From Lysobacterales bacterium (GTDB taxonomy: Bacteria > Pseudomonadota > Gammaproteobacteria > Xanthomonadales > SZUA-38), in NCBI GenBank assembly GCA_030065125.1, contig JASJDM010000006.1, positions 1 to 64,000 on the forward strand: a DNA stretch of 64,000 nt, in the 5' to 3' direction. A program made the translations under genes and the position numbers. This document shows positions 9,328-20,394 of the stretch, in pieces (positions within the stretch are counted from its first letter, which is position 1; every line of letters begins with the position of its first letter). The notes below the pieces were generated by a model that was not told the origin of the DNA, made no database searches, and saw only the letters and a list, made by a program, of their open reading frames with translations.

Positions 9328-10014
9328 TCAGACCACCCGGGTGGATTGGTCGCCGTGCTGCCGCAGCGTACCGGGCGGCAACACCGCTTCGATCCGTTCC
9401 ATCACGTCCAGCCGGTAAAGGAGGTCGTTGACATAGTCCATCTGGTCGGTCTCCAGCACCAGCACCTCGCTCATGCGGTAGCGTTCGACCCAGGCCTCGT
9501 AAAGCCGCTCCAGCCGCTTCAGGTAGGACAGCGGCACGTCCTGCTCCATGGCCCGGCCCCGCAGCCTGATGCGCCGTCGCAGGGTACGCATGGAGCAGCG
9601 CAGGTAGATCATCAGGTCGGGCGGCTGGATGGCCTCGAGAATGGTCTGATAGAAACCCCAGTAGGTCGCCCAGTCGCGGTCATCGATCTGTTTCATTTCG
9701 TGCAGTGCCGTGGCGAAAATTTCCGCGTCTTCGAAAATGGTCCGGTCCTGCACCACCACCCCGGTACAGCGGTCCAGCTGCTGGTGAATTCTGAACTTGC
9801 TGCTCAGGAAATACAGCTGGGAGTGGAATGCCCAGCGTTTCATGTCCCGGTAAAAATCCGGCAGGTAGGGATTTTCATCATTGGGTTCGTAGAAGGGTTC
9901 AATGCCGTAGGTGGAAGTCAGAAAATCCACCAGGGACGACTTCCCGGCACCCATGTTGCCGGCAATGGCAATGGATTTTCGGCGACCGCGCGATTGATTT
10001 GTTTTTTTGCTCAC
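9328..10014 (-). CDS. deoxynucleoside kinase (dAK/dGK family)
   Basis: P-loop IAIAGNMGAGKSS, an ERS-like region and an LID region. 228 aa, typical of bacterial deoxyguanosine/deoxyadenosine kinases. Confidence 0.8.
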   Translation of the reverse strand: MSKKTNQSRGRRKSIAIAGNMGAGKSSLVDFLTSTYGIEPFYEPNDENPYLPDFYRDMKRWAFHSQLYFLSSKFRIHQQLDRCTGVVVQDRTIFEDAEIFATALHEMKQIDDRDWATYWGFYQTILEAIQPPDLMIYLRCSMRTLRRRIRLRGRAMEQDVPLSYLKRLERLYEAWVERYRMSEVLVLETDQMDYVNDLLYRLDVMERIEAVLPPGTLRQHGDQSTRVV

Positions 10015-10106
10015 GCGTCAGAACCCAATGACGTACCATGACCTGCTTTCGACCGGGCCGATGATGAACGACCTGATGCAATTCCTCAACGCCAGCGGAA
10101 CCATGC

Positions 10107-11957
10107 ATGACCGCTGAATCAGTCCCCATTGCCATGTCTGACCCGGTGACGGTCCTCAACGAGGTCTACGGCTACCCCAGCTTTCGCGGCAGCCAGGCGG
10201 ACATCATCGACGCCGCCGTGGCGGGCCGCGACTGCCTGGTGCTGATGCCCACGGGGGGCGGAAAATCCCTGTGTTACCAGATTCCCAGTCTGGTGCGACC
10301 GGGTGTGGGACTGGTGGTATCGCCCCTGATCGCGCTGATGAAAGACCAGGTGGCGGCGCTCAAGCAGCTGGGCATCGCCGCGGCATACCTCAATTCCACC
10401 CTGGATGCCGCTGAGCAGCGGCTGGTCCTGGAGCAGCTGCATCAGGGGGAACTGAAGCTGCTGTACGTGGCCCCGGAACGGCTGCTCAAGCCGGGCACCC
10501 TGGATCGCCTGAGCCAGCTGGAGATTGCGCTGATCGCCATCGACGAGGCCCATTGTGTGTCCCAGTGGGGCCACGATTTCCGCCCGGACTACCTGTCCCT
10601 GAACCAGCTGGCGGAGCGCTTTCCCGGCGTTCCGAGGATGGCCCTGACCGCTACGGCGGACGGCCCCACGCGGGAGGAAATGGTGCAGCGGCTGGCCCTG
10701 CACCAGCCGGCCAGCTTCATCAGCCCGTTTGACCGCCCCAACATCCGCTACTCGGTGCAGCCCAAGTCCGACGGGCGTCGCCAGTTGAGCCGGTTCCTGG
10801 AGGGGCATCGCAACGAGTCCGGCATCGTCTACTGTCTGTCCCGCAAAAGCGTGGATGCCACCGCCCGCTGGCTCAACACCCACGGCTTCAATGCCCTGCC
10901 CTACCACGCCGGGCTCTCTACCAGTGAGCGCAACAGCAACCAGGAGCGGTTTCTGCGGGAAGATGACCTGGTGATCGTGGCCACCATTGCCTTCGGCATG
11001 GGCATCGACAAACCCGACGTTCGTTTCGTGGCCCACCTGGACCTTCCGCGCAGCATCGAGGCCTACTACCAGGAAACCGGCCGCGCCGGCCGCGACGGCG
11101 AACCCGCGGATGCCTGGATGATCTACGGCCTGCAGGACGTGGTCAGGCTGCGCCTGATGCTGGAGGAGTCCGACGCGGGCGAGGCCAAGAAACGCGTCGA
11201 GCGGGCCAAGCTGGATGCCCTGCTGGGGTGGTGCGAGGTCACGGACTGCCGGCGCCGGTCGCTGCTGGCCTATTTTGACGACGATTACCCCGGCGACTGC
11301 GGCAATTGTGATACCTGCCTCAGTCCCCCCAAGCAGTGGGATGCCACCGTGGCCGCCCAGAAGCTGTTGTCGTGCATCTATCGGACTGGCCAGCGTTTCG
11401 GTGCGGTACACGTCATCGACGTTTTGCGCGGAAGTGAAAACACCAAGGTCCAGCAGAATGGCCACCACCGGCTCAGCACCTACGGCATTGGCAAGGAACT
11501 GGCCGCCGGCCAGTGGCGATCGGTGGTACGCCAGCTGATTGTTCAGGGATTCATCCGCGTGGACCCGGAGCGCTACAACGCCCTGGCCCTGACGCCGGAC
11601 AGCCGCGCGTTGCTGCGGGGAGAAACCCAGGTGACCCTGCGCCAGGACACCGTCCCGGAGTCCCGCGCACCTTCCCGGCGCAAGACCAGTACCTCCGCCC
11701 GGCAGCAGGGCCCGTTGTGGGAGGCCCTGCGGGACTGCCGGCGCAGGCTGGCCGAGCAGTCCGGCGTCCCGCCCTACGTGGTATTCCATGACGCCACGCT
11801 CAGCGCCATGGCCGAGCATCGACCCGTCACCGCGGAAGAACTGCTGGAGATATCGGGCGTCGGCCAGAAAAAGCTGGAGCGTTACGGAGAAGTTTTTATG
11901 GACGTGATCAGGCAGCACGTCCAGGCCAGCGCGCCAGATCCCGACCGGACCGTGTAG
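10107..11957 (+). CDS. recQ: ATP-dependent DNA helicase RecQ
   Basis: Helicase motifs [19 protein letters not shown] and SAT. Zn-binding Cys cluster CGNCDTC. C-terminal HRDC domain. 616 aa. Confidence 0.95.
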   Translation: MTAESVPIAMSDPVTVLNEVYGYPSFRGSQADIIDAAVAGRDCLVLMPTGGGKSLCYQIPSLVRPGVGLVVSPLIALMKDQVAALKQLGIAAAYLNSTLDAAEQRLVLEQLHQGELKLLYVAPERLLKPGTLDRLSQLEIALIAIDEAHCVSQWGHDFRPDYLSLNQLAERFPGVPRMALTATADGPTREEMVQRLALHQPASFISPFDRPNIRYSVQPKSDGRRQLSRFLEGHRNESGIVYCLSRKSVDATARWLNTHGFNALPYHAGLSTSERNSNQERFLREDDLVIVATIAFGMGIDKPDVRFVAHLDLPRSIEAYYQETGRAGRDGEPADAWMIYGLQDVVRLRLMLEESDAGEAKKRVERAKLDALLGWCEVTDCRRRSLLAYFDDDYPGDCGNCDTCLSPPKQWDATVAAQKLLSCIYRTGQRFGAVHVIDVLRGSENTKVQQNGHHRLSTYGIGKELAAGQWRSVVRQLIVQGFIRVDPERYNALALTPDSRALLRGETQVTLRQDTVPESRAPSRRKTSTSARQQGPLWEALRDCRRRLAEQSGVPPYVVFHDATLSAMAEHRPVTAEELLEISGVGQKKLERYGEVFMDVIRQHVQASAPDPDRTV

Positions 11958-11987
11958 AATCCGGTCACGACGCAACCTGCGGAAACG

Positions 11988-12749
11988 GTGATGAAACTGA
12001 TCAAAACGCTTGTGGTGACCGCCATCGTGCTGCTGGGCGGCCTGACAGGCTGCGCTCCTGCCAATGGCGAGGCTTCACTGACGGTCCTGGTGACCGGCGC
12101 CAATCGTGGCCTGGGCCTGGAATTTGCCCGCCAGTTTCATGAGCGGGGCTACCAGGTCATCGGTACGGCCAGGAAGCCTGGCAGCGCAGAGGAACTGAAA
12201 GCCCTGGGCGTGCGGGTGGAACAGCTGGACGTGACCGATGCCGGCAGCGTCAAGGCTTTGGCCGAGCGCCTCAGTGATTTGCCCATCGACATCCTGATCA
12301 ACAACGCCGGCATCAGCGGCCACGGTCCCGCTTCGTTCCTTGAACATGATTTCGACCAGTTGGGATTCACCTTCGAGGTGAACAGCCTGGGACCCATGCG
12401 GGTGACCCAGGCGCTTTTCCCCAACCTGGAAAGCGGAGACGCCAAGAAAGTGGTGCACATTACCAGCCGGATGGGCAGCATCGAGTTGAACGGCGGCGGC
12501 TACTACGGCTACCGGGCCAGCAAGGCCGCGCTGAACATGCTGAACAAATCCCTGTCGGCCGAACTCGGCGCCCAGGGCTTCGTTTGCGTAGTGCTGCATC
12601 CCGGCTGGGTACAGACCGACATGGGAGGGCCCAACGCCACCCTCACGCCCCAGCAGAGCATCGCCGGAATGATCCGGGTGATCGACGGGCTCGACAGCGC
12701 TTCCAACGGCGGATTTTTCGACTACCAGGGTGAAGAGATTCCCTGGTAG
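11988..12749 (+). CDS. short-chain dehydrogenase/reductase (C-factor/CsgA-like) with a lipoprotein signal peptide
   Basis: TGANRGLGLEF cofactor motif, NNAG motif and a YxxxK (YRASK) catalytic pair. The N-terminal 28 aa form a signal peptide with lipobox L-T-G-C. Confidence 0.8.
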   Translation: MMKLIKTLVVTAIVLLGGLTGCAPANGEASLTVLVTGANRGLGLEFARQFHERGYQVIGTARKPGSAEELKALGVRVEQLDVTDAGSVKALAERLSDLPIDILINNAGISGHGPASFLEHDFDQLGFTFEVNSLGPMRVTQALFPNLESGDAKKVVHITSRMGSIELNGGGYYGYRASKAALNMLNKSLSAELGAQGFVCVVLHPGWVQTDMGGPNATLTPQQSIAGMIRVIDGLDSASNGGFFDYQGEEIPW

Positions 12750-12865
12750 CCCCGCCGGCAATCCGGCTGGCGCGTCACTGCTAAGTAAAAGTCACGATAG
12801 CCACCAGCCCGCCAAATCTTTGTACTTTCCCCTGACCGATACGGGGTTTTTTACGGCCTCGACAC

Positions 12866-12888
12866 ACGCCCGGAAACGGGCGTTTTTA
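12866..12888 (+). promoter_or_regulatory. hairpin plus T5 tract in the nqrA leader (terminator of the upstream SDR gene or attenuator)
   Basis: Stem ACGCCCG / CGGGCGT with loop GAAA followed by TTTTT, about 17 nt upstream of the nqrA ATG. An SD (GGAAGGGG) follows the structure. Confidence 0.35.
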
Positions 12889-12904
12889 CTGGAAGGGGAC
12901 CGGC

Positions 12905-14287
12905 ATGCAGCGCAGGCAAATAAAAATCAAGCGCGGGCTGACACTGCCCATTGCCGGCGCACCTGTCTCCGATGCCGGCGCAAAGGACGGTGGGGATCCA
13001 CGGCCGATTCGGTCCGTGGCCCTGCTGGGCCCTGACTACCGCGGGCTGAAACCCACGCTGAAGGTGACCCAGGGCGACCGGGTCCGACTGGGTCAGACCC
13101 TGTTCGAGGACAAGAGCAATCCCGGCGTCAAGTTTACAGCCCCCGCGGCGGGTACCGTCAGCGCGGTCAACCGCGGTGCCAGGCGCGCCCTGATCTCGGT
13201 GGTGATCCAGCTTGAAAGTGACGACGAGATCCAGTTTCCCCGCTACGAGGTGGACCAGCTGCCGCTGCTGGACCGTGACGCGGTTCGGACCTCGCTGCTG
13301 GATTCGGGATTGTGGACTGCCCTGCGCAAGCGGCCATACGGCAAGATCCCATCACCGGAAGCGGAACCCGCAGCGCTGTTCATTACTGCTATGGACAGCA
13401 ACCCGCTGGCGGTAGACCCCGGTGACCTCGTCCAGCGCCACGGGGCTGATCTGAATGCCGGCATCCTGGCCCTGTCCCGGCTGCTCGGCGGACCGGTCTA
13501 TTTCTGCTGCGCACCGACGGCCGCTACCGATGAAGTGGTTGACCTGCCCGACGACCGCCTTCGGCTTGTGGAGTTTTCCGGGCCACACCCCTCCGGTCTC
13601 CCCGGAACCCATATCCATTTCCTGAACCCGGTGGCAGCCGAGGGCCCCGAGGCCTGGTACCTGGACCTGCAGGACGCCATCGCCATCGGCAAGCTGTTTC
13701 TCACCGGCCGGCTGTGGACCCGCCGGTACGTCACCCTTGCTGGCCCCCGCGCGGCAAACCCCCGGCGGGTAGAGACCCGCCTGGGCGCCAATATCACCGA
13801 CCTGTGTCGCGACGAAGTCAAGCCCGGCCCCCAGAGGTTGATTTCCGGCTCCGTGTTCAACGGGCACCAGGCCCGGGATTACATGGACTACCTCGGACGG
13901 TACGCTCGCCAGGTCACCGCCCTGGAGGAAGGTGAGCGCCGTCGCTTCTTCGGCTGGCTCGCCCCGGGTTCGGACCGGTATTCCGCCATCAATGCTTTTG
14001 TCTCCCGGCTCGGTCGGCGACGCGATTTTCCGCTGACCACTTCCCAGAACGGCAGTCCGCGGGCCATGGTCCCTATCGGCAACTTTGAGAAAGTCCTGCC
14101 CCTGGACATGCTGCCGGCGCCGCTGCTGAAGTCGCTCATCGTTCGTGACACCGATTCAGCCCAGGCCCTGGGGTGCATGGAACTGGACGACGAAGACCTG
14201 GCGTTGTGTTCTTTTGTCTGCCCCAGCAAGTACGACTACGGTGGCTTCCTGGTGGAGGCGCTGGCCCAGATCGAGAAGGAAGGCTGA
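12905..14287 (+). CDS. nqrA: Na+-translocating NADH-quinone reductase subunit A
   Basis: Conserved NqrA N-terminus [15 protein letters not shown]. 460 aa. First gene of nqrABCDEF. Confidence 0.93.
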   Translation: MQRRQIKIKRGLTLPIAGAPVSDAGAKDGGDPRPIRSVALLGPDYRGLKPTLKVTQGDRVRLGQTLFEDKSNPGVKFTAPAAGTVSAVNRGARRALISVVIQLESDDEIQFPRYEVDQLPLLDRDAVRTSLLDSGLWTALRKRPYGKIPSPEAEPAALFITAMDSNPLAVDPGDLVQRHGADLNAGILALSRLLGGPVYFCCAPTAATDEVVDLPDDRLRLVEFSGPHPSGLPGTHIHFLNPVAAEGPEAWYLDLQDAIAIGKLFLTGRLWTRRYVTLAGPRAANPRRVETRLGANITDLCRDEVKPGPQRLISGSVFNGHQARDYMDYLGRYARQVTALEEGERRRFFGWLAPGSDRYSAINAFVSRLGRRRDFPLTTSQNGSPRAMVPIGNFEKVLPLDMLPAPLLKSLIVRDTDSAQALGCMELDDEDLALCSFVCPSKYDYGGFLVEALAQIEKEG

Positions 14288-15498
14288 TGCGGCCGCTGCG
14301 AAAACTGCTGGACAAGGTTCACCCCTACTTCGCCAAGGGCGGTCCCTACGAGCGCTTTGCCGCCATGTACGAAATGGTGGACACCCTGTTCTACACGCCA
14401 CCGGATGTCACCCGGGGCGCGCCCCACGTCCGGGATGCCATCGACCTGAAGCGGGTCATGATCCTGGTGGTCCTGGCCGCTTTCCCTGCCATGCTGGTGG
14501 GTGTCTGGAACGTCGGGCACCAGGCCAACCTGGCACTGGCCACCTTGCCGGCCGATGCCGCGGTGGGCTGGCGCGGGACGCTGCTGGCCATCCTGGGGAT
14601 CGGCTACAACCCCGACAGCATCCTGGACTGCCTGTCCCACGGCATGCTGTATTTCCTTCCCATTTACATTGTCACCATGGCAGTGGGCGGTTTCTGGGAA
14701 CTGCTGTTTGCCGGGGTACGCAACCACGAGGTCAACGAGGGCTTTTTTGTCACTTCCTGGCTGTTTGCCCTGATCCTGCCCGCCACCACACCGCTGTGGC
14801 AGGTCGCCATCGGCATTACATTCGGCGTGGTCATCGGTAAAGAGGTTTTTGGCGGCACCGGCAAGAATTTCATGAACCCGGCACTGGCCGGGCGTGCCTT
14901 CCTTTACTTCGCCTATCCCGTGGAGATGTCCGGCAACGAGATCTGGACTGCTGTTGATGGATTCTCGGCTGCAACGCCGCTCGGCATCTCGGCCATCGAC
15001 GGCGTGGCTGGCGTTGTGGCCTCGGGTGTCACCCTGACCGATGCCTTCATTGGCAACATCCAGGGATCCATCGGCGAAACCTCAGCCCTTGCCTGCATCG
15101 TTGGCGGGCTCATCCTGGTCTACACCGGCGTAGCGTCCTGGCGGATCATCCTGGGAGTATTCCTCGGCATGGTGGCCACCAGCCTGATGTTCAATGCCAT
15201 CGGCAGCGATACCAACCCCATGTTTGGTATGAGCTGGGCCTGGCACCTGGCGCTGGGCGGGTTCGCCTTCGGCATGATGTTCATGGCAACTGACCCGGTA
15301 TCGGCCTGCCAGACCAATGCCGGACGCTGGGTATTCGGTTTGCTGATCGGTTTCATGACGGTCCTGATCCGGGTGGTCAACCCCGCGTTTCCCGAGGGCA
15401 TCATGCTGGCCATCCTGTTCGCCAACGTCATGGCGCCGCTCATCGACCACTTCGTAATCCAGGCCAACATACGCCGCAGGAGGGTACGCCTTGGCTGA
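14287..15498 (+). CDS. nqrB: Na+-NQR subunit B
   Basis: The ATG overlaps the nqrA stop by 1 nt (TGATG). Conserved NqrB N-terminus ([18 protein letters not shown] ... LFYTPPDVT) and a polytopic membrane core. The upstream extension to 14173 in the ORF track is rejected. Confidence 0.9.
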   Translation: MRPLRKLLDKVHPYFAKGGPYERFAAMYEMVDTLFYTPPDVTRGAPHVRDAIDLKRVMILVVLAAFPAMLVGVWNVGHQANLALATLPADAAVGWRGTLLAILGIGYNPDSILDCLSHGMLYFLPIYIVTMAVGGFWELLFAGVRNHEVNEGFFVTSWLFALILPATTPLWQVAIGITFGVVIGKEVFGGTGKNFMNPALAGRAFLYFAYPVEMSGNEIWTAVDGFSAATPLGISAIDGVAGVVASGVTLTDAFIGNIQGSIGETSALACIVGGLILVYTGVASWRIILGVFLGMVATSLMFNAIGSDTNPMFGMSWAWHLALGGFAFGMMFMATDPVSACQTNAGRWVFGLLIGFMTVLIRVVNPAFPEGIMLAILFANVMAPLIDHFVIQANIRRRRVRLG

Positions 15499-16270
15499 CT
15501 CATCCAAATCCCGGGACACTGTAGCCCGCACCCTGGTCATGGCCGTGCTGACCAGCCTGGTCTGTTCAGCCCTGGTGACCAGCGTGGCCATTTCCCTGAA
15601 GCCGGCCCAGGAGCGCAATGAATTGCGCAACCGCCAGCAGAATATCCTGGCGGTGGTCGGCCTGCTGGAGGCTGAAGGCACCATCGAGGAAAAATTCGAG
15701 AATATCGAGACCCGGGTGGTGGAGCTGAGCAGCGGCGACTATGCCGACGATATCGACCCGGACCAGTTTGACCCCATCAGTGCGGCGCTCAACTCCGATA
15801 CCGGGATAGCCATCGAACCCGAGGTGGACGTAGCCAACCTGAAACGGCGCGCCAACCACGCCCGAGTGTACCTGGTGAAACAGGACGGCGACGTGGTGAA
15901 CATCATTCTTCCGGTTCGCGGCGCGGGCCTGTGGTCCACCATGTACGGCTTCATTGCCCTGCAGCCCGACGGCAACACCATTCGCGGCCTCAAGTTCTAC
16001 GAACACGGAGAAACCCCCGGTCTGGGCGACCAGATAGACCGACCCGCCTGGCTGGCCCAGTGGGAGGGCAAGCTGGTCTACGGAGACAGCGGCGCGCCCG
16101 CTGTTGAGGTCGTGCGTGGCCAGGCACCCGAGGGATCACCCCACCAGGTCGACGGCATGTCCGGCGCCACCCTGACCGGGAATGGAGTCAACGGGCTGCT
16201 GCAGTACTGGCTGGGAGACGACGGCTTTGGTCCATACCTGGAAAAACACTGGAGTACCGATCGTGGCTGA
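15491..16270 (+). CDS. nqrC: Na+-NQR subunit C
   Basis: Single N-terminal transmembrane segment, FMN-binding domain, conserved SGAT motif ([12 protein letters not shown]). 259 aa. Confidence 0.9.
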   Translation: MADSSKSRDTVARTLVMAVLTSLVCSALVTSVAISLKPAQERNELRNRQQNILAVVGLLEAEGTIEEKFENIETRVVELSSGDYADDIDPDQFDPISAALNSDTGIAIEPEVDVANLKRRANHARVYLVKQDGDVVNIILPVRGAGLWSTMYGFIALQPDGNTIRGLKFYEHGETPGLGDQIDRPAWLAQWEGKLVYGDSGAPAVEVVRGQAPEGSPHQVDGMSGATLTGNGVNGLLQYWLGDDGFGPYLEKHWSTDRG

Positions 16271-16925
16271 TAAGCTCGGCAAAACTCTCACCGACCCGTT
16301 GGTGGACAACAACCCGGTGACCCTGCAGATCCTGGGTATCTGCTCCGCCCTGGCCGTCACCACCTCATTATTGCCGTCACTGCTGATGTCCGCAGCGGTG
16401 ATCTGCGTGCTGATTTTTGCCACAGCGGCCATCAGCCTGCTGCGGCACCAGATTCCCACCAACACGCGCCTCATCGTGCAGATGACCATCATCGCCTCGG
16501 CGGTGATCGTGGTGGACCAGGTGCTCAAAGCCTATGCCTATGAGACCAGCAAGCAGCTGTCGGTGTTTGTCGGGCTGATCATCACCAACTGCATCGTGTT
16601 GGGTCGGGCCGAAGCGTTTGCCATCAAGAATCCGGTGGGGCCCAGCATCCTGGACGGCATCGGCAACGGGCTGGGATACAGCATCATCCTGATCGCCGTG
16701 GCCACCATTCGTGAGCTGTTCGGCTCGGGCAAGCTGCTGGGGCAGACGGTGCTGCCCACGGCGGCCGAGGGCGGCTGGTACGTGCCCAACGGTATGATGC
16801 TGCTGCCACCCAGCGCGTTCTTCATCATCGGCCTGCTGATCTGGGCCATACGCAGCTGGAAGAAGCAGCAGGTGGAGCGTCCGGACTACCAGATTCATGA
16901 GGTCCACCGGACCGAGGTGCTGTGA
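16263..16925 (+). CDS. nqrD: Na+-NQR subunit D
   Basis: Conserved [22 protein letters not shown]. The likely GTG start at 16263 overlaps nqrC. The upstream extension to 16182 in the ORF track is rejected. Confidence 0.85.
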   Translation: MADKLGKTLTDPLVDNNPVTLQILGICSALAVTTSLLPSLLMSAAVICVLIFATAAISLLRHQIPTNTRLIVQMTIIASAVIVVDQVLKAYAYETSKQLSVFVGLIITNCIVLGRAEAFAIKNPVGPSILDGIGNGLGYSIILIAVATIRELFGSGKLLGQTVLPTAAEGGWYVPNGMMLLPPSAFFIIGLLIWAIRSWKKQQVERPDYQIHEVHRTEVL

Positions 16926-17533
16926 TGGAAGCCTATCTCAGCCTGTTCGTACGCGCGGTATTCGTCGAAAACCTGGCCCTGGCCTTTTTCCTGGGCATGT
17001 GCACCTTTCTGGCGATTTCCAAGCGCATCGACACGGCCCTGGGGCTGGGGGCAGCGGTGATCGCGGTACAGACCCTGACCATCCCCATCAATTACTTCAT
17101 CTACAACCACCTGCTCAAACAGGGCGCGCTGGCCTGGGCCGGCTTCCCCGAGGTGGACCTGAGCTTCCTGGGCCTGGTCTGTTACATCGGCGTCATTGCC
17201 GCCTTCGTACAGATCCTGGAAATGGTGCTGGACAAGTATTTCCCCAAGCTGTTCAACGCCCTGGGCCTGTTCCTGCCGCTGATTACCGTGAACTGCGCCA
17301 TCCTGGGCGGTTCACTGTTCATGGTGGAGCGCAACTACACCTTTTCCGAGAGCGTGATGTTCGGGCTCGGCAGCGGGTTCGGCTGGGCCCTGGCCCTGGC
17401 CGCCCTGGCCGGCATCCGGGAGAAGCTCAAGTACAGTGACGTTCCGGACGGTCTGCAGGGACTCGGGATCACCTTCGTCACCGTGGGCCTGATGTCCCTG
17501 GCCTTCATGGCTTTTTCGGGGATTCAGCTGTGA
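16922..17533 (+). CDS. nqrE: Na+-NQR subunit E
   Basis: 203 aa polytopic membrane protein with NqrE/RnfA-family motifs ([15 protein letters not shown]). Overlaps nqrD by 4 nt. Confidence 0.9.
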   Translation: MMEAYLSLFVRAVFVENLALAFFLGMCTFLAISKRIDTALGLGAAVIAVQTLTIPINYFIYNHLLKQGALAWAGFPEVDLSFLGLVCYIGVIAAFVQILEMVLDKYFPKLFNALGLFLPLITVNCAILGGSLFMVERNYTFSESVMFGLGSGFGWALALAALAGIREKLKYSDVPDGLQGLGITFVTVGLMSLAFMAFSGIQL

Positions 17534-18762
17534 GTCCGCTCATGTCCCAGATATTGCTCGGGGTGGCCATGTTCACCGGCATCGTGCTGGTCCAGGCCCT
17601 GGTCATCATCGTCGCTCGCCGCTGGCTGGTCAGTTCCGGCGACGTGCCCATCATCGTCAACGGCGAGAAAGAGGTGAGCACCGCGGTGGGCAACAAGCTG
17701 CTGGGGGCCCTGGCTGAGTCCGGCCTGTTCGTGGCCTCGGCCTGCGGCGGCAAGGGGACCTGCGGCCAGTGCCGGGTCCGAGTGACCCAGGGCGGCGGCG
17801 CCATGCTGCCCACCGAGGCGGCCTCCATCAGCAAGCGCGACGCGGCCCAGCACGTGCGGCTGGCCTGCCAGCTGACGGTCAAACAGCCGCTGAAAATAGA
17901 GGTGCCCAGCGACGTATTCGGAGTGCGTAAATGGCGCGCAAAAGTCCGGTCCAACGACAACGTCGCCACCTTCATCAAGGAGCTGGTGCTGGAACTGCCG
18001 GAAGGCGACACCATCGATTTTCGCGCCGGGGGCTATATCCAGATCGAGTGCCCACCCCACCAGGTCGCCTACCGCGACTTCGACATCGCACCGCGATTCA
18101 AGGCCGAGTGGGAACGGCACAACCTGCTGGATCTGCAGTCCACGGTATCGGCTGAAATCAGCCGGGCCTACTCCATGGCCAACTACCCCGGTGAAAACAC
18201 GGTGGTGATGCTCAACGTGCGCATCGCGACTCCACCGCCCGGGTCGGGTCCGGATATTCCGCCCGGTGCCATGTCCTCCTTCCTGTTCAACCTGAAGCCC
18301 GGGGACGAGGTGATGGTTTCCGGCCCCTTCGGCGAGTTTTTCGCGCGGGAGACCGACAACGAGATGGTTTTCATCGGCGGCGGTGCGGGCATGGCGCCCA
18401 TGCGGTCACATATTCTCGATCAGCTGCTGCGCCTGGATACCCGCCGCAAAATCACTTTCTGGTACGGCGCCCGCAGCCTGAACGAGCTGTTCTACCAGGA
18501 AGACTTTGACCGTCTGGCGGCCTCCCATGACAATTTCCGCTGGCACGTGGCGCTGTCCGACCCCCTGCCCGACGATCAGTGGGGCGGTCACACCGGCTTC
18601 ATTCACCAGGTGCTGCACGATGAGTACCTGGGGCGTCACCCGTCGCCAGAGGACTGTGAGTACTACATCTGCGGTCCCCCCATCATGGTTGCCGCCGTGA
18701 CCAAAATGCTGGACGATCTGGGCGTGGAAAAGGACAACATACTGTTCGACGACTTCGGCTGA
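17530..18762 (+). CDS. nqrF: Na+-NQR subunit F (2Fe-2S ferredoxin plus FAD/NADH reductase)
   Basis: N-terminal transmembrane segment. 2Fe-2S motif [15 protein letters not shown]- and NAD-binding motifs (GGGAGMAPM). 410 aa. Confidence 0.93.
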   Translation: MSPLMSQILLGVAMFTGIVLVQALVIIVARRWLVSSGDVPIIVNGEKEVSTAVGNKLLGALAESGLFVASACGGKGTCGQCRVRVTQGGGAMLPTEAASISKRDAAQHVRLACQLTVKQPLKIEVPSDVFGVRKWRAKVRSNDNVATFIKELVLELPEGDTIDFRAGGYIQIECPPHQVAYRDFDIAPRFKAEWERHNLLDLQSTVSAEISRAYSMANYPGENTVVMLNVRIATPPPGSGPDIPPGAMSSFLFNLKPGDEVMVSGPFGEFFARETDNEMVFIGGGAGMAPMRSHILDQLLRLDTRRKITFWYGARSLNELFYQEDFDRLAASHDNFRWHVALSDPLPDDQWGGHTGFIHQVLHDEYLGRHPSPEDCEYYICGPPIMVAAVTKMLDDLGVEKDNILFDDFG

Positions 18763-19808
18763 TGAATACCGCTCGAATCGTCGCCATCGCTTCCGTGTTC
18801 ATGGTGCTGGGGGTTTGGGCAGTCAGCCGCCAGCTCGACCCTCCCCCGGAACTGGTCAGTTTTTCCGGGGCTACCATGGGCACCCGGTACAGCGTCAAGT
18901 CGCCCAACCTGGAGCTGGACTGGGACACCATTGCACTGTCGGTCGAACGGGAGCTGGAGCGTATCAATGGACTGATGTCCACCTGGATCCCCGACTCCGA
19001 GCTGTCGCGCTTCAACCGGTCGCGCAGCACCGACTGGATTGCCCTGTCACCCGATACCCACCGGGTGCTGGCCGAGTCCATCGCCATGGCCGACCTTTCC
19101 GACGGCGCCCTGGACATCACCGTGGGTCCGCTGGTGGATCTGTGGGGATTTGGCCCGGGCCGCGGAAACGACGGACCCACCGTGGTACCGGACCCCGACA
19201 AGCTGGAGCGTTTGAGCGAGCTGGTGGGGTACCATCAACTGGAGCTTCGAGACAGCCCACCGGCGGCCCGCAAGAGCAATCCCGAACTGCAGGTTGACCT
19301 GTCCGCCGTGGCCAAGGGATTTGCCGTGGACCGCCTGACCGAGATGCTGACCGATGCCGGCGCCGTGGATTTCCTGGTGGACATCGGCGGCGAACTCAGG
19401 GCTGCCGGATCGAAAGCAGACGGTCAGCCCTGGCGTATTGCCGTGGAAAAACCCGATTCCTCCGCCCGGCTGCCCCAGCAGGTTTATCCGCTGGTGGAGA
19501 CGGGTGTCGCCACCTCCGGGGACTACCGCAACTACTTCGAACGCGACGGTCAGCGTTACTCTCATCTGATTGACCCGAGAAGCGGTCGACCGGTCCCCCA
19601 GACCCTGGCCTCGCTGACCGTATTCGACCGGTCCACCATGCGCGCCGACGCCCTGGCAACTGCCATGCTGGTGATGGGGGCGGAGGAGGCCCTGGCCTTC
19701 GCGGAAACCCACCAGGTCCCCTGCCTGGCCATACTGCGCAGTCCCGAAGGGCTGCTGGTGGGCCGGGAATCCAGCGCGCTGCGTCGACTGTCAGGAGGGC
19801 AGCCATGA
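18762..19808 (+). CDS. apbE: FAD:protein FMN transferase ApbE
   Basis: ApbE family protein (TMGTRYSV ... SGDY motif region) in the standard position downstream of nqrF. 348 aa. Confidence 0.85.
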   Translation: MNTARIVAIASVFMVLGVWAVSRQLDPPPELVSFSGATMGTRYSVKSPNLELDWDTIALSVERELERINGLMSTWIPDSELSRFNRSRSTDWIALSPDTHRVLAESIAMADLSDGALDITVGPLVDLWGFGPGRGNDGPTVVPDPDKLERLSELVGYHQLELRDSPPAARKSNPELQVDLSAVAKGFAVDRLTEMLTDAGAVDFLVDIGGELRAAGSKADGQPWRIAVEKPDSSARLPQQVYPLVETGVATSGDYRNYFERDGQRYSHLIDPRSGRPVPQTLASLTVFDRSTMRADALATAMLVMGAEEALAFAETHQVPCLAILRSPEGLLVGRESSALRRLSGGQP

Positions 19809-19990
19809 GCATTTACCTGCTGGGATTCATCATCATGCTGCTGGCGGTCCTGGGACTGAGCGCAGGCATACTGATGGGCCGCAAACCCATCGCCGGCAGC
19901 TGCGGCGGCATTGCCAACGGCGGCTGCGGCAGCTGTCGCAAGGCCTGCAAGAAACACAAAACCCAATCTGCGGAGGAGCGCCGAGAATGA
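19805..19990 (+). CDS. nqrM: Na+-NQR maturation factor NqrM (DUF539)
   Basis: 61 aa with an N-terminal transmembrane segment and a Cys cluster CGGIANGGCGSCRKACKK, characteristic of NqrM. Overlaps the apbE stop. Confidence 0.8.
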   Translation: MSIYLLGFIIMLLAVLGLSAGILMGRKPIAGSCGGIANGGCGSCRKACKKHKTQSAEERRE

Positions 19991-20391
19991 GCCAACCTGC
20001 CCCCCAGCTGATCCTGGTCAAGGATTTCATGACGGCATCTCTGGTCACGTTCACTCCGGACATGTCGATACTGGACGCCGTATACCAGCTGGTGAACCAC
20101 CGCATATCCGGTGCCCCCGTGGTGGATGACCGTGGCCAACTGCTGGGCATGCTGACCGAGAAGGACTGTCTGAAGATCTCCCTGCTGGCCGGCTACCATG
20201 GCGGTACCGACGGCAGGGTTTCCGAGCTGATGAGCCAGAACGTGGTCACCGTGGACGCCCACATGAGCATCATCGACCTGGCCCAGCAGTTCATTGCCCA
20301 GCCCTACCGCCGCTACCCGGTGCTGAAGGACGGCCGCCTGGTCGGCATCATCAGCCGCCGGGACGTCCTCAAGGCGCTGCTGAAACGCTGA
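19987..20391 (+). CDS. CBS-pair domain protein
   Basis: Two CBS motifs (VKDFMTASLVTF ... GAPVVDDRGQLLGMLTEKD ... YPVLKDGRLVGIISRRD). Starts 4 nt before the nqrM stop. Confidence 0.8.
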   Translation: MSQPAPQLILVKDFMTASLVTFTPDMSILDAVYQLVNHRISGAPVVDDRGQLLGMLTEKDCLKISLLAGYHGGTDGRVSELMSQNVVTVDAHMSIIDLAQQFIAQPYRRYPVLKDGRLVGIISRRDVLKALLKR

Positions 20392-20394
20392 CCG

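Noticed and set aside
10119-11975. 618-aa ORF antisense to recQ
   Set aside because: Mirror-frame artefact of a GC-rich gene. recQ on the + strand has all helicase, Zn-finger and HRDC motifs.
14173-14286. Upstream extension of nqrB (ORF-track start 14173) overlapping the nqrA 3' end
   Set aside because: The conserved NqrB N-terminus begins at the ATG at 14287 ([15 protein letters not shown]). The extension is merely open frame across the end of nqrA.
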